NCBI GenBank assembly: GCA_964405705.1
Contig: CAYOOZ010000002.1
Location: forward strand, 1-38,415
Source: an uncultured Christensenella sp.
GTDB lineage: Bacteria; Bacillota; Clostridia; Christensenellales; Aristaeellaceae
Reading direction: 5' to 3'
DNA length: 38,415 bases
A program made the position numbers and the translations under genes. The notes under the pieces are model-generated. The model searched no databases and had not been told where the DNA came from. It worked only from the letters and a program-made list of their open reading frames with translations. Below are positions 1 through 8,925 of this stretch, piece after piece (within the stretch, counting starts at the first letter, position 1; each line of letters begins with the position of its first letter).

Positions 1-755
1 TGCTGCGCCACCGCATCATGGACCCGGTGGCCCTGGATTTTGCCAACACGCCCAAGTTTGGCACGGCGGTCAACCATTATTTCGCGGCCGTTGAAAACGA
101 CATCCACATCAAGGCCTCCCCCGACCCCAACAGCGAAACCCTCATCACCCTTAAAAAAGGCGCGATGGTTGGTTTTCTTGATGTGGACAACGGCTGGGCA
201 CGCACCATTTTTAAGCGCCAGTACGGCTATGTGGACACCCGCACCCTGCCTGAAATGCAGATGGTTGCCGCGAGCGAGGATGCCAGCGCCGGGGACATCC
301 CCCTGGCTGTCTACAACAGCTTTTATGACATCTCCGACAACGAAAACAACATCAACCGCATCAACAACCTGGTTGTGGGCGGGGAGCGCCTTTCCGTGCG
401 CATGGAGCCCGGGCAGTCCCTCAACTTCAATGAGGAGGTTGGCCCCTTCCGCGCCAGCAACGGCTATAAACCGGCCGGCGCATTGGTGGATGGTGAACTG
501 GTCTTTGATGTTTATGGCGGCGGTTCCTGCCAGGTGTCCAGCACGCTGTACAATGTGGTCCTCCAGCTCTCCGGCCTCACCGTGCTGCGCCGCGCGCCCC
601 ACGGTGCCAATGGCGCTAAGTACCTGCCCCATGGCGTGGACGCGTCCTCCGGCGGGCTGAACTTCGTCTTCCGGAATGACTACCCCTTCCCCATCCAATT
701 GGCGTCCACCGTTCAGGATGGCTCCCTCTTTATCTCCATTACCAAGGTGCTTTAA
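1..755 (+). CDS. SH3b + VanW-domain protein, 5'-truncated by the window edge
   Basis: The reading frame is open from nt 3 to the window start. The translation has an SH3b-like segment (IKASPDPNSETLITLKKGAMVGFLDVDNGWARTIF) followed by a VanW-type core (YGGGSCQVSSTLYNVVLQL...RRAPHG). It aligns along its whole length with the next gene. The Met at nt 18 aligns to an internal residue of that paralog (LRHRIM vs MKRHLM), so the true start lies upstream of the window. Confidence 0.8.
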   Translation, partial: LRHRIMDPVALDFANTPKFGTAVNHYFAAVENDIHIKASPDPNSETLITLKKGAMVGFLDVDNGWARTIFKRQYGYVDTRTLPEMQMVAASEDASAGDIPLAVYNSFYDISDNENNINRINNLVVGGERLSVRMEPGQSLNFNEEVGPFRASNGYKPAGALVDGELVFDVYGGGSCQVSSTLYNVVLQLSGLTVLRRAPHGANGAKYLPHGVDASSGGLNFVFRNDYPFPIQLASTVQDGSLFISITKVL

Positions 756-1768
756 TGAAAATCCAGCGAATTCTCCTGATGATCCTTGTCCTGCTCCTTT
801 TGCCTTTTGCTGGCCAGATGACGCAGGGCATAGACCTGCCTGCTCTTTATACCGGGCAGGTGGTCACCCTGGTCAACCTTTTTGAGGGCATGGATGACAC
901 CACGCCCCGGGTGACCTATGTGCCCAAGAACCGCCTGGTTGAAATCCTGGATGTGGAGCCCGCCTGGCTCCTGGTCCGCTTCAACGGCAAGACCGGCTAC
1001 ATGAAGCGCCACCTGATGGTGGACTACAGCGTGCGCGTGGTGAACCCGGACACCACCCCGCCCTATTCCACTGTGGAATGCGGCTATATCGCCTGGGTCA
1101 AAACGGACGCGCCTGTCCTTTCTGCGCCTGACCCCAATGCCAAGGTGCTTATCACCATGCACGAGGGCGCGAGGCTCGCCATCATTGATTTTGAGGACGG
1201 CTGGGCCCGCCTCATCTATCACCGGCAATACGCCTATATCAACACCAACCATTTCAGTGAGATCATGCCGGTCAACCTCAATGAGGCAGCCGATAACGAG
1301 GCGCCCATTGCTGCCTACACCTCCTTTTATAAAATCACCACTGATGAGAGCAACATCAACCGCATGCACAACCTCCAGGTAGCCTGCGACCGTTTCACCC
1401 TCTACACCCTGGCCTTGGGCGATAAGCTGGACTTTAACAAGCACATCGGCCCCTACTCCCGCAAGGTGGGCTACCTGCCCGCCAACGCGCTGGTCGATGG
1501 GGAGACCATCCAGGGCTACGGCGGGGGCACCTGCCAGGTCAGCAGCACCTTATACAACACCATCCTGCAACTGCCCGGCGTTGAAATCATCCATCGGCGC
1601 GCGCATGGGCCCTCCGCCGCCGCCTACCTCCCCCATGGCGCGGACGCCGCCGTTGGCAACACCACCCAGAACCTCATCATCCGCAACCAGTACCCCTTCC
1701 CTATCCGCATTGACGGCACCGCCCAGGATGGCGCTTTGACCATCGCGATTTACAGGGCCGGGGAGTGA
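755..1768 (+). CDS. Exported protein with two SH3b-like domains and a C-terminal VanW domain
   Basis: 337-aa ORF with an N-terminal hydrophobic signal/anchor (MKIQRILLMILVLLLLPFAG). It has two SH3b-like repeats (...VEILDVEPAWLLVRFNGKTGYM... and ...LAIIDFEDGWARLIYHRQYAYI...) and a VanW core (YGGGTCQVSSTLYNTILQLPGVEIIHRRAHG). Its ATG overlaps the upstream stop codon as TAATG. Confidence 0.85.
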   Translation: MKIQRILLMILVLLLLPFAGQMTQGIDLPALYTGQVVTLVNLFEGMDDTTPRVTYVPKNRLVEILDVEPAWLLVRFNGKTGYMKRHLMVDYSVRVVNPDTTPPYSTVECGYIAWVKTDAPVLSAPDPNAKVLITMHEGARLAIIDFEDGWARLIYHRQYAYINTNHFSEIMPVNLNEAADNEAPIAAYTSFYKITTDESNINRMHNLQVACDRFTLYTLALGDKLDFNKHIGPYSRKVGYLPANALVDGETIQGYGGGTCQVSSTLYNTILQLPGVEIIHRRAHGPSAAAYLPHGADAAVGNTTQNLIIRNQYPFPIRIDGTAQDGALTIAIYRAGE

Positions 1769-1866
1769 CGGGGACGAGGAAACAAGGGAAGAAGCGGGGA
1801 ACCTGTTCTTTTCCAAAGAAAAGAAACAAAAAACTTTAGAATTTAGTTTTATAGTTGCTAAAAGGT

Positions 1867-1896
1867 CTGGGGAGCGCTTTACAAAGCGCTCCCCAG
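1867..1896. terminator. Bidirectional rho-independent terminator between convergent VanW-like gene and tlyA
   Basis: Perfect 12-bp stem CTGGGGAGCGCT / AGCGCTCCCCAG with a 6-nt loop TTACAA. It is followed by a T-rich tract on the + strand (CGTTTATTTATT) and preceded by AAAAGG, which gives CCTTTT on the - strand. Confidence 0.75.
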
Positions 1897-1913
1897 CGTT
1901 TATTTATTCTTCT

Positions 1914-2714
1914 TTATGCGTCCAGTTCCTGATGCGCTTGGTGAACAAGTTGATCTATTTCAACATCAGAAATGACCTGTTCGCTACCAAAGGAAATGTC
2001 CGCCAAGAACTCAATGTTGCCCTTGGGGCCTTTGATGGGCGAGTAGGTGAGCTGCTGGATGTGCCAGCCCAAAGGGGCTGTAAAGTCGCGAATGTCCTTG
2101 AGGACGCGGACGTGGGTTTGGGGCTCGCGCACGACGCCGTTTTTGCCAACCTGTCCACGCCCGGCCTCAAACTGGGGCTTAATCAGCGTGAGAAAACGGC
2201 CGGTCTCGCCCATGATGGCGATGGCGGTGGGCAGAATGAGCTTAATAGAGATAAAGGACACGTCCATGACGGTGAGGTTGGGACGGTGGGTGAAGTGCTC
2301 AGGAGTGAGGGCGCGGGCATTGGTGCGCTCCATGACGGTGACGCGGGGATCCTGGCGCAGGCGATAGTCCAATTGCCCATAGCCCACGTCAATGGCATAG
2401 ACATGGGCAGCGCCAGCGCGCAGGAGCACATCGGTAAAGCCGCCGGCTGCGGCGCCAATGTCCATGGCGATGGCGTCAAAAACATCAGCGGAAAAGGCGG
2501 TGAGCGCCTTTTCTAATTTGTGCGCGCCCCGGGACGCCCAGGAGGCGTCCTCCCCGCGCAGGAGCAGGTTATCCAAAGGAGCTACCTGATGGGAGGGTTT
2601 GTCCACACGGACCTCGCCAATATAAACGCGCCCGGCCAAGATATAGGCCTGGGCTTTTTCACGGGAGGGCGCCAGGCCACGGGCGACCAATTCGGTATCG
2701 GCGCGGTTTTTCAT
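1914..2714 (-). CDS. tlyA: TlyA-family rRNA 2'-O-methyltransferase (hemolysin A-like)
   Basis: 266-aa ORF with an N-terminal S4-like RNA-binding region (RADTELVARGLAPSREKAQAYILAGRVYI). It also has an FtsJ-type SAM motif (MDIGAAAGGFTDVLL). Its start overlaps the dxs stop as ATGA, and it keeps the conserved position downstream of dxs. Confidence 0.9.
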   Translation of the reverse strand: MKNRADTELVARGLAPSREKAQAYILAGRVYIGEVRVDKPSHQVAPLDNLLLRGEDASWASRGAHKLEKALTAFSADVFDAIAMDIGAAAGGFTDVLLRAGAAHVYAIDVGYGQLDYRLRQDPRVTVMERTNARALTPEHFTHRPNLTVMDVSFISIKLILPTAIAIMGETGRFLTLIKPQFEAGRGQVGKNGVVREPQTHVRVLKDIRDFTAPLGWHIQQLTYSPIKGPKGNIEFLADISFGSEQVISDVEIDQLVHQAHQELDA

Positions 2715-4582
2715 GCGGTTTTGCTAAGGCGTCTGGCCAGGCTTTCCGCGATGCTGGCCGCGTCCAAGCCGCAATGACGCAGCAGCTCCCCATGGCTGCC
2801 ATGGGGAATGAACTGGTCGGGGATGGCAAAGAGATGATCCGGCAGCTTTAAGCCTTCCTGGACACAGGCCTCGGCAACAGCGCTGCCCAGGCCGCCAGGC
2901 AGGGCCTGCTCCTCCAAAACATAATAGGGCAGGCCGGACTGGGAGAGTTCCCTGAGGCAAACAAGGTCCAGCGGCTTAACGGAGGAGGCGTTGATGACCT
3001 GGGCTGTGATGCCCTGCTTTTCAAGGAGATCGCGGGCCAAGAGCGCTTCTGCGACCAGGGGGCCGGTTGCCAGGAGGGCGAGGTCGCCCTTTGGGGTTAA
3101 ACGCTCCCAAATGCCGGGCTCAAAAGCGTGCTCATAGGGCAAGGTCTGCATGAGGAGGTGCTCACTCCTGGGATAGCGGATGAATACGGGCATATCCGCC
3201 GTGAGGGCATACTGGATCATGGCCTGCATTTCTTCCACGCTGCGGGGGTTCAACACCTGAAGGTTGGGGACATGGCGCAAAAAGGCCGCGCCAAAGACGC
3301 CGTGGTGGGTGGGGCCATCCGCCCCGCCCATGGCCGCGCGGTCAATTAAGAAGGTGACCGGCAGGTTTTGCACGCAGATATCTGCCACCACCTGGTCATA
3401 GGCGCGCTGGAGGAAGGTGTCATATAAGGCGACCACCGGGCGCATGCCATAGGCCGCAAGCCCCGCGGCCAGGGTGACGGCATGGGCCTCCGCAATGCCC
3501 ACATCAAAAAGGCGGTCTGGATAGGCCTTGGCAAAGGGGGCCAGGCCGGTCGCCTCCACCATGGCGGCGGACACGGCAACAATGCGCTTGTCCTTTTCTC
3601 CCAGCGCAACCAGGGTCTGCCCTGCTGCCTTGCCAAAGGAACGCTCCGTGGAGCTGCCGCGGGGCTGGCCGTTCTCCGGGTCAAAGGGGTTGACACCATG
3701 GGTGTTGGCTGGGTTTTGCTCCGCGTGCAAATAGCCCTTGCCCTTCTGGGTGACCACGTGGATTAAGACAGGCTCAGAAAAGCCCTTGGCGCGCTCCAAT
3801 ATTTTCTCCAAATGGGCCTCGTTGTGGCCATCCATAGGCCCCAAGTAGCGCAGGCCCAGGGACTCAAAAAAATGGTCGCGGATTAAGAAGTTTTTAATGG
3901 AATCCTTCACGCGCTGCAGCAGGCGGTGAAGCCCCTTGCCGATTATGGGAATCTTTAAAAAGAAGTTGGACAGGCTGTGCTTTAGGCCAATCCAGGCCTT
4001 GCTGGTGCGCAGGTGGGTGAGGTAATTGCTCAGGGCGCCGACATTGGGCGCGATGCTCATTTGGTTGTCATTGAGGATGACAATCAGGCGGGTTTGCTTT
4101 TGACCCAGGTTGTTCATGGCCTCAAAGCAAAGGCCGCCGGTCAAGGCGCCATCGCCCACGATGGCGATGATGTGCTCCTTTCCCTGGTTTAAGTCCCGGG
4201 CGCGCGCCATGCCAAGCGCCGCTGAAAGCGCAGTGGAGGCGTGGCCAGTGCCGTAGGCGTCATGCTCGCTCTCTGTGATCCTGGGGAAGCCAGACACGCC
4301 ACCATACTGGCGCAATTGATCAAGCCCCTCATTGCGGCCGGTGAGCATCTTGTGCACATAGCACTGATGGCCCACATCAAAGAGAATTTTATCCTTTGGG
4401 CTATCAAACACGCGGTGAAGGGCCAGGGTCAACTCCACAATGCCAAGGTTGCTGGCCAGGTGGCCGCCGTTTTGGCTGACCACCTCCACAATGCGATTTC
4501 GCAGCGTGGACGCAAGCTCCTCGATCTCTTTTTTTGACAATCCCTTAAGGTCTTCTGGACCCCGGATATCGCGCAAATCCAT
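2711..4582 (-). CDS. dxs: 1-deoxy-D-xylulose-5-phosphate synthase
   Basis: 623-aa ORF. It has a GGHLASNLG motif, a thiamine-diphosphate binding region (IVGDGALTGG...ILNDN), and transketolase-like pyrimidine-binding and C-terminal domains. The length is typical of Dxs. Confidence 0.95.
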   Translation of the reverse strand: MDLRDIRGPEDLKGLSKKEIEELASTLRNRIVEVVSQNGGHLASNLGIVELTLALHRVFDSPKDKILFDVGHQCYVHKMLTGRNEGLDQLRQYGGVSGFPRITESEHDAYGTGHASTALSAALGMARARDLNQGKEHIIAIVGDGALTGGLCFEAMNNLGQKQTRLIVILNDNQMSIAPNVGALSNYLTHLRTSKAWIGLKHSLSNFFLKIPIIGKGLHRLLQRVKDSIKNFLIRDHFFESLGLRYLGPMDGHNEAHLEKILERAKGFSEPVLIHVVTQKGKGYLHAEQNPANTHGVNPFDPENGQPRGSSTERSFGKAAGQTLVALGEKDKRIVAVSAAMVEATGLAPFAKAYPDRLFDVGIAEAHAVTLAAGLAAYGMRPVVALYDTFLQRAYDQVVADICVQNLPVTFLIDRAAMGGADGPTHHGVFGAAFLRHVPNLQVLNPRSVEEMQAMIQYALTADMPVFIRYPRSEHLLMQTLPYEHAFEPGIWERLTPKGDLALLATGPLVAEALLARDLLEKQGITAQVINASSVKPLDLVCLRELSQSGLPYYVLEEQALPGGLGSAVAEACVQEGLKLPDHLFAIPDQFIPHGSHGELLRHCGLDAASIAESLARRLSKTA

Positions 4583-4610
4583 CCAAAGCCTCCCTTTACT
4601 TTCTTCCTAT

Positions 4611-4619
4611 ATTGTACCA
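4611..4619 (-). promoter_or_regulatory. Candidate extended -10 promoter for dxs-tlyA
   Basis: The minus strand reads TGGTACAAT (TGn + TACAAT) about 30 nt upstream of the dxs ATG. There is no good -35 box. A GGGAGG RBS follows. Confidence 0.35.
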
Positions 4620-4632
4620 CAACAGCCGCTCC

Positions 4633-4662
4633 TTGTACGAAAGCGCGCGCGGCTGATATAAT
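4633..4662 (+). promoter_or_regulatory. Candidate sigmaA-type promoter for the recD2-comFC-tcdA operon
   Basis: TTGTAC (4633-4638), an 18-nt spacer, then TATAAT (4657-4662). An RBS AGTGAGG (4672-4678) precedes the ATG at 4683. Confidence 0.5.
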
Positions 4663-4682
4663 ACGTTTGAAAGTGAGGCTTC

Positions 4683-6884
4683 ATGGACAGTTTTGTCGGC
4701 ACCACCGAGGGCACGCTGTTTCGCAATGAGGAAAATGGCTACAGCGTCATCTCCGTGCGCACAAAGGAAGGGCTGGTGACCGTGACGGGCACCATGCCCG
4801 ATTTAATGGATGGGGAAACGATTGAGTTAGACGGGACATGGACAGAGCACCCCCAGTATGGGCGTCAGTTTAAGCTAAGCGGCCTGAAGATTAGAAAGCC
4901 TGAATCCTTAAGCGCGATTGAAAAATACCTGGCTTCCGGCCTCATCAAGGGCGTAGGACCCACCACCGCAAGGCTGATTGTGTCCACCTTTGGCAAGGAC
5001 ACCCTGGAAATTTTGTCCGAAAGCCCGGAGCGTCTGCTTGAAATCCCCAAAATCGGCAAGGTGCGCATGAAGCAAATCAGCCGCGGGTTTATGGAGCAGC
5101 AGGCCAGCCGCAGCACCTTTTTATTCCTGCAAAAGTACAACATATCCTCCGCCCTGTCCGCCAAAATCCACAAGGTGTACCGGGAGAACGCGGAAGCGCT
5201 GATACGGGACAACCCCTACCGGATGATCGACGACATCAGGGGCGTGGGCTTTTTAACGGCTGACCGCATCGCGCTCTCCCTGGGGATTGCGGAGGATAGC
5301 GCGTTTCGCCTGGAGGCGGGCATCAAGTACGCGCTGTCTGAGGCCGCGGGCGCGGGCGGGCACACCTGCTTGCCGGAACATGAGCTGATCACGTTTGCAA
5401 GCGAGCTGCTGCGTGCGCCGGAAGCTGAAATCAGCCGGCTGGCGGCCCAACTGACCCTCAATAAGCATCTATTTTTGGATCTGGTGGACGGGGTCAACTA
5501 CATATCCTTGCCCAGCATACGCAAAGCTGAAATTGACATCGCAGGGAGGCTTTTAGCCTTGTGCGGCACCAGCCAGATGATGATGCCCGAGCACATCAGG
5601 AAGCGGATTGAAGTCTTTGAAAAGGAAGAGGGCATCACCTTTAGCCCTTTGCAGCGGGCGGCCATTGAAAAGGCCTGTGAGAACGGGCTGATTGTCATCA
5701 CCGGCGGCCCTGGCACTGGTAAAACCACGCTGATTAACTGCCTGATCAATGTTTTAAACCTCAAGGACGGCATTGTCCTGGCAGCGCCCACCGGGCGCGC
5801 GGCCAAGCGCATGAGCGAGGCCACCCAGAAGGAGGCCAGCACCATCCACCGCTTGCTGCAATATGGCGGGGAGGAGGGCAGTTTTCAGGTCAACCAGGAA
5901 AACCCGCTGGACTGCGAATGCCTGATTGTGGACGAGGTGTCCATGATGGATGTGTTCTTGATGCGCCAATTGCTCTTGGCGCTCAAGCCGGGCACAAGGC
6001 TTATTCTGGTGGGGGACGCGGATCAATTGCCCAGCGTGGGCGCTGGCAACGTGCTGCGCGATATTTTGGATTGTGAGGACATCCCTCAGGTGCGCTTGAG
6101 CGAGATTTTCCGCCAGGGCGAGGACAGCATGATTGTCCTAAACGCGCACCGCATCAACCATGGCGAGGACCCGGTGATGAACGGGGAGGGCAGCGATTTC
6201 TTCTTTGAAAACCAGCAGGACGCAACCAGGGCCAGGGACAGCATTGTGGCCCTGTGCTTAAACCGCCTGCCCAGGTTCTTAAACGTCAAGGACAGCTTCC
6301 GGCACATTCAGGTGCTCTCCCCCACCAGAAAGGGTGTGTGCGGGGTCAACCAATTAAACACTGTCCTGCAAGAGGCCTTTAACCCCCCCTCCCCCAAGAA
6401 AGCCGAAATCCAGTTTGGCGAGATGACGCTGCGCGAGATGGACAAGGTGATGCACATTAAAAACAATTACGCCCTGGAATGGGAAACAGTAAACGGCTTG
6501 ACCGGCCAGGGGGTTTTTAACGGCGACATTGGCTTTATCACAAAAATTGATGAGGAAGACAAGCTGGTGGACGTGCTGTATGACGAGGAAAAGACCGTAC
6601 AATATGAGTATGCTGATTTGGAGGAATTGGATTTAGCCTATTGCCTCTCCGTCCACAAAAGCCAGGGGAGCGAGTTCCCGGCTGTGGTGATGCCCATGGT
6701 GGGCGGCCCCCGGATGCTTTTGACGCGTAACCTGCTCTACACCGGGGTGACGCGGGCAAGGCGGCTGGTGGTCCTGGTCGGGCGGCAGGAAGTTCTCCAC
6801 ATGATGGTGAGCAATAACTTGGAACGCCGGCGCTATTCCCTCCTTAAACACTGGCTGGACATTTTAGCAGAGGCCATGCAATGA
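4683..6884 (+). CDS. recD2: RecD2-type SF1 ATP-dependent DNA helicase
   Basis: 733-aa ORF with an N-terminal OB/HhH-like region followed by SF1 helicase motifs. These are Walker A GGPGTGKTT, Walker B LIVDEVSM, GDADQLPSVGAG, and C-terminal SVHKSQGSEF and YTGVTRAR. Confidence 0.9.
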   Translation: MDSFVGTTEGTLFRNEENGYSVISVRTKEGLVTVTGTMPDLMDGETIELDGTWTEHPQYGRQFKLSGLKIRKPESLSAIEKYLASGLIKGVGPTTARLIVSTFGKDTLEILSESPERLLEIPKIGKVRMKQISRGFMEQQASRSTFLFLQKYNISSALSAKIHKVYRENAEALIRDNPYRMIDDIRGVGFLTADRIALSLGIAEDSAFRLEAGIKYALSEAAGAGGHTCLPEHELITFASELLRAPEAEISRLAAQLTLNKHLFLDLVDGVNYISLPSIRKAEIDIAGRLLALCGTSQMMMPEHIRKRIEVFEKEEGITFSPLQRAAIEKACENGLIVITGGPGTGKTTLINCLINVLNLKDGIVLAAPTGRAAKRMSEATQKEASTIHRLLQYGGEEGSFQVNQENPLDCECLIVDEVSMMDVFLMRQLLLALKPGTRLILVGDADQLPSVGAGNVLRDILDCEDIPQVRLSEIFRQGEDSMIVLNAHRINHGEDPVMNGEGSDFFFENQQDATRARDSIVALCLNRLPRFLNVKDSFRHIQVLSPTRKGVCGVNQLNTVLQEAFNPPSPKKAEIQFGEMTLREMDKVMHIKNNYALEWETVNGLTGQGVFNGDIGFITKIDEEDKLVDVLYDEEKTVQYEYADLEELDLAYCLSVHKSQGSEFPAVVMPMVGGPRMLLTRNLLYTGVTRARRLVVLVGRQEVLHMMVSNNLERRRYSLLKHWLDILAEAMQ

Positions 6885-7618
6885 ATCTTCACGAGCTGAT
6901 GAAAAAAACGGCGGACCTGCTTTTGCCCAAGGCACGCTGCCTGGGCTGTGATGAACCCAGGCAGATCAGGGAAGGCGCGGCGCTTTGTGCGCGCTGTGAA
7001 CAGGAGCTGGACAGCCTGAGGACCGGAGACCTGGTCTGCCCCCATTGCCAGAGCCCCAAACCCAAGTATCAGACCTGCGCATACTGCGCAAATGGCGGGA
7101 TGCAGGGGCTGGACAGTGCCTTTGCGGCCTTTCTGCATAAGGATCTGGCGCAAAAGCTGGTGGTGAGCTTAAAATTTGACCCGGTGGAGCAGGCGGCAGC
7201 GCCCCTGGCCCGGGAAATGGCTTTATGCATCACCGGCCGGCGCTTTGACGCCCTGGTGCCTGTGCCGCTGCATCCCTTGCATCAAAGGGTGCGAGGGATG
7301 AACCAATCCCGTATATTATGCGACCTGATTTCTGAGGAAACTGGCATGCCTGTCAAAGAGGCGCTGGTCAAACAGCGCAAGACAAAGCGCCAATCCAGCC
7401 TGAGCGCCGAAAAAAGAAAAGACAACATCAAGGGCGCGTTTATCTGCCAGGAGGACCTGACAGGGATGGAGATTTTACTGGTGGATGATGTGCGCACAAC
7501 GGGCAGCACAGCCAGGGAGTGCGCCAAACAATTACAATTAAGGGGTGCCGCCAGCGTGAGCCTGCTCACAGCAACGGTGGCCGGGCACAAGGTGAGGACA
7601 AGCAATGAGCAGGTTTGA
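6881..7618 (+). CDS. comFC: ComF-family protein (ComFC-like phosphoribosyltransferase-fold competence protein)
   Basis: 245-aa ORF with an N-terminal Cys-rich zinc-finger region (CLGC...CARC...CPHC...CAYC). The C-terminal PRTase motif is ILLVDDVRTTGST. Its start overlaps the recD2 stop as ATGA. Confidence 0.85.
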   Translation: MNLHELMKKTADLLLPKARCLGCDEPRQIREGAALCARCEQELDSLRTGDLVCPHCQSPKPKYQTCAYCANGGMQGLDSAFAAFLHKDLAQKLVVSLKFDPVEQAAAPLAREMALCITGRRFDALVPVPLHPLHQRVRGMNQSRILCDLISEETGMPVKEALVKQRKTKRQSSLSAEKRKDNIKGAFICQEDLTGMEILLVDDVRTTGSTARECAKQLQLRGAASVSLLTATVAGHKVRTSNEQV

Positions 7619-8324
7619 GCAGTTTCAGCGGGGTATTGATGTCATCGGTATGCCCGCCTTTTTGCGGCTGCAAGAGGCGAAAGTGGCCGTCTTTGGCCTG
7701 GGCGGCGTGGGGGCGGCCTGCGCTGAGGCCCTGGTGAGAAGTGGGGTGGGCAATTTGGCCCTGGTTGATTTTGACACCATCAGCCTTTCCAACTTGAACC
7801 GCCAGTTGATTGCCCTGCACTCCACCCTGGGGCAGAAAAAAACAAGCGCGCTCAAAGCGCGCCTCCTGGACATCTCCCCTGAAACCAAAATCATAGAGTA
7901 CCCGATGTTTTATCAGGAGGAAACCGAGGGGCAAATTGACTTATCCCAGTTTGACGCAGTCTTGGACTGCATCGATGTGGTGAGCAGCAAGCTGCTCTTG
8001 GCAAAAAGAGCGATAGAAGCCGGGGTGCTGTTGATCAGCAGCATGGGCATGGGAAACCGCTTGGATCCCACACAGCTGGCCTTTGCGGACATCTACAAGA
8101 CCAGCGTTTGCCCCCTGGCCCGAGTGATGAGGAAGGCCTGCAAGGAGCGGGGCCTCCCAGGGTTTTTGACGCTGTACTCCAAAGAGGAGCCCAAAAAGGT
8201 GGTCAGCGACACCGCCAACGGGCGGCACGCGCCCGGCTCCATCGCCTTTATGCCGCCGGTTGCCGGAATGATGATGGCGGGGGAGGCTGTAAGAAGGCTT
8301 ATTCTTCCTCCGGCGTTTCCGTGA
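7605..8324 (+). CDS. tcdA: tRNA threonylcarbamoyladenosine dehydratase (ThiF/E1-like)
   Basis: 239-aa ORF with a Rossmann motif (VAVFGLGGVGAACAEALVRSG), NLNRQ, and CPLARVMRK. The length and motifs fit the TcdA/CsdL subfamily. It overlaps comFC by 14 nt. Confidence 0.85.
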   Translation: MSRFEQFQRGIDVIGMPAFLRLQEAKVAVFGLGGVGAACAEALVRSGVGNLALVDFDTISLSNLNRQLIALHSTLGQKKTSALKARLLDISPETKIIEYPMFYQEETEGQIDLSQFDAVLDCIDVVSSKLLLAKRAIEAGVLLISSMGMGNRLDPTQLAFADIYKTSVCPLARVMRKACKERGLPGFLTLYSKEEPKKVVSDTANGRHAPGSIAFMPPVAGMMMAGEAVRRLILPPAFP

Positions 8325-8925
8325 AAACCGTTTGCAGGGCAGATTTAACCACGTCCGGCGTGAAGCCTTTCCGGGCCAGAGCCGCATAGACCCTGCGGTA
8401 GATGTCCTTTTTCTCCCCGGTCTTCCCGCGCAGAGATTTTTGCGCTAAGAGGATGGCGGAGGACAGCATGCCCTCCTTGTCCGTTTGGGCCATGAGCTCT
8501 TCTATCAATTGAGGCGCGATGCCCCTTTGGCGCAGCTCCTGCTTTAGGCGGAGCGCGCCATATTTTTTGCCCAGGCGCTCCAGGGTGTTTTCGGCGTAGC
8601 GCCTGTCGTTTAAATAGCCGGCTGTTGAGAGCTTTTCACAGGCAGCGTCGGCAGCCTCCTGCGAAAAGCCAGATTCCAACAGTTTTTTTGTGATTTCACT
8701 GCGGCTCTTGTCCCTAAGCTCCAGGATGCGCACCGCCTGCTCCAGGGCATAGCGCCCCTCGCTTTTTGATAGCAGGACGCGGTAATTGTCTGGGTCGATC
8801 GGGTCATTGGTCTTGACGGGGTACAGGCGAAAAAGGGCATTGGGCACGCGGATTTCACCGCCGCCCCTCAGCTTGACCAGCTTGCAGCCCGGTCTTTTTA
8901 CAATTTCAACGATGGTGTCAGTCAT
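8299..8925 (-). CDS. recX: RecA regulator RecX
   Basis: 208-aa ORF made of repeated three-helix modules (ALEQAVRILELRDKSRSEITKKLLESGF..., YLNDRRYAENTLERLGKKYGALRLKQELRQRGI..., RRVYAALARKGFTPDVV) typical of RecX. Confidence 0.85.
   Translation of the reverse strand: MTDTIVEIVKRPGCKLVKLRGGGEIRVPNALFRLYPVKTNDPIDPDNYRVLLSKSEGRYALEQAVRILELRDKSRSEITKKLLESGFSQEAADAACEKLSTAGYLNDRRYAENTLERLGKKYGALRLKQELRQRGIAPQLIEELMAQTDKEGMLSSAILLAQKSLRGKTGEKKDIYRRVYAALARKGFTPDVVKSALQTVFTETPEEE

Noticed and set aside
752-1444. Long ORFs antisense to, or out of frame with, annotated genes. Examples: 752-1444(-), 1932-2516(+), 8969-9586(+), 11148-11660(+), 14759-15265(+), 15836-16477(-), 16757-17569(-), 17960-18523(-), 37616-38200(+), and the Pro/Thr/Ser-rich 40-660(+).
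   Set aside because: Each lies fully inside a gene with a confident family assignment on the other strand or in another frame. Their translations are low-complexity (Gly/Ala/Arg/Pro/His-rich) with no recognisable motifs. They lack RBS-like sequences. This is typical of stop-codon-poor alternative frames in GC-rich coding DNA.
1769-1866. A purine-rich then AT-rich spacer with a TAGAAT hexamer (1837-1842) lies just upstream of the bidirectional terminator. This could be a tiny sRNA unit.
   Set aside because: The best -35-like hexamer (TTCCAA) is 20 nt away, which is too far. The predicted transcript would be little more than the terminator itself, and I cannot assess conservation.
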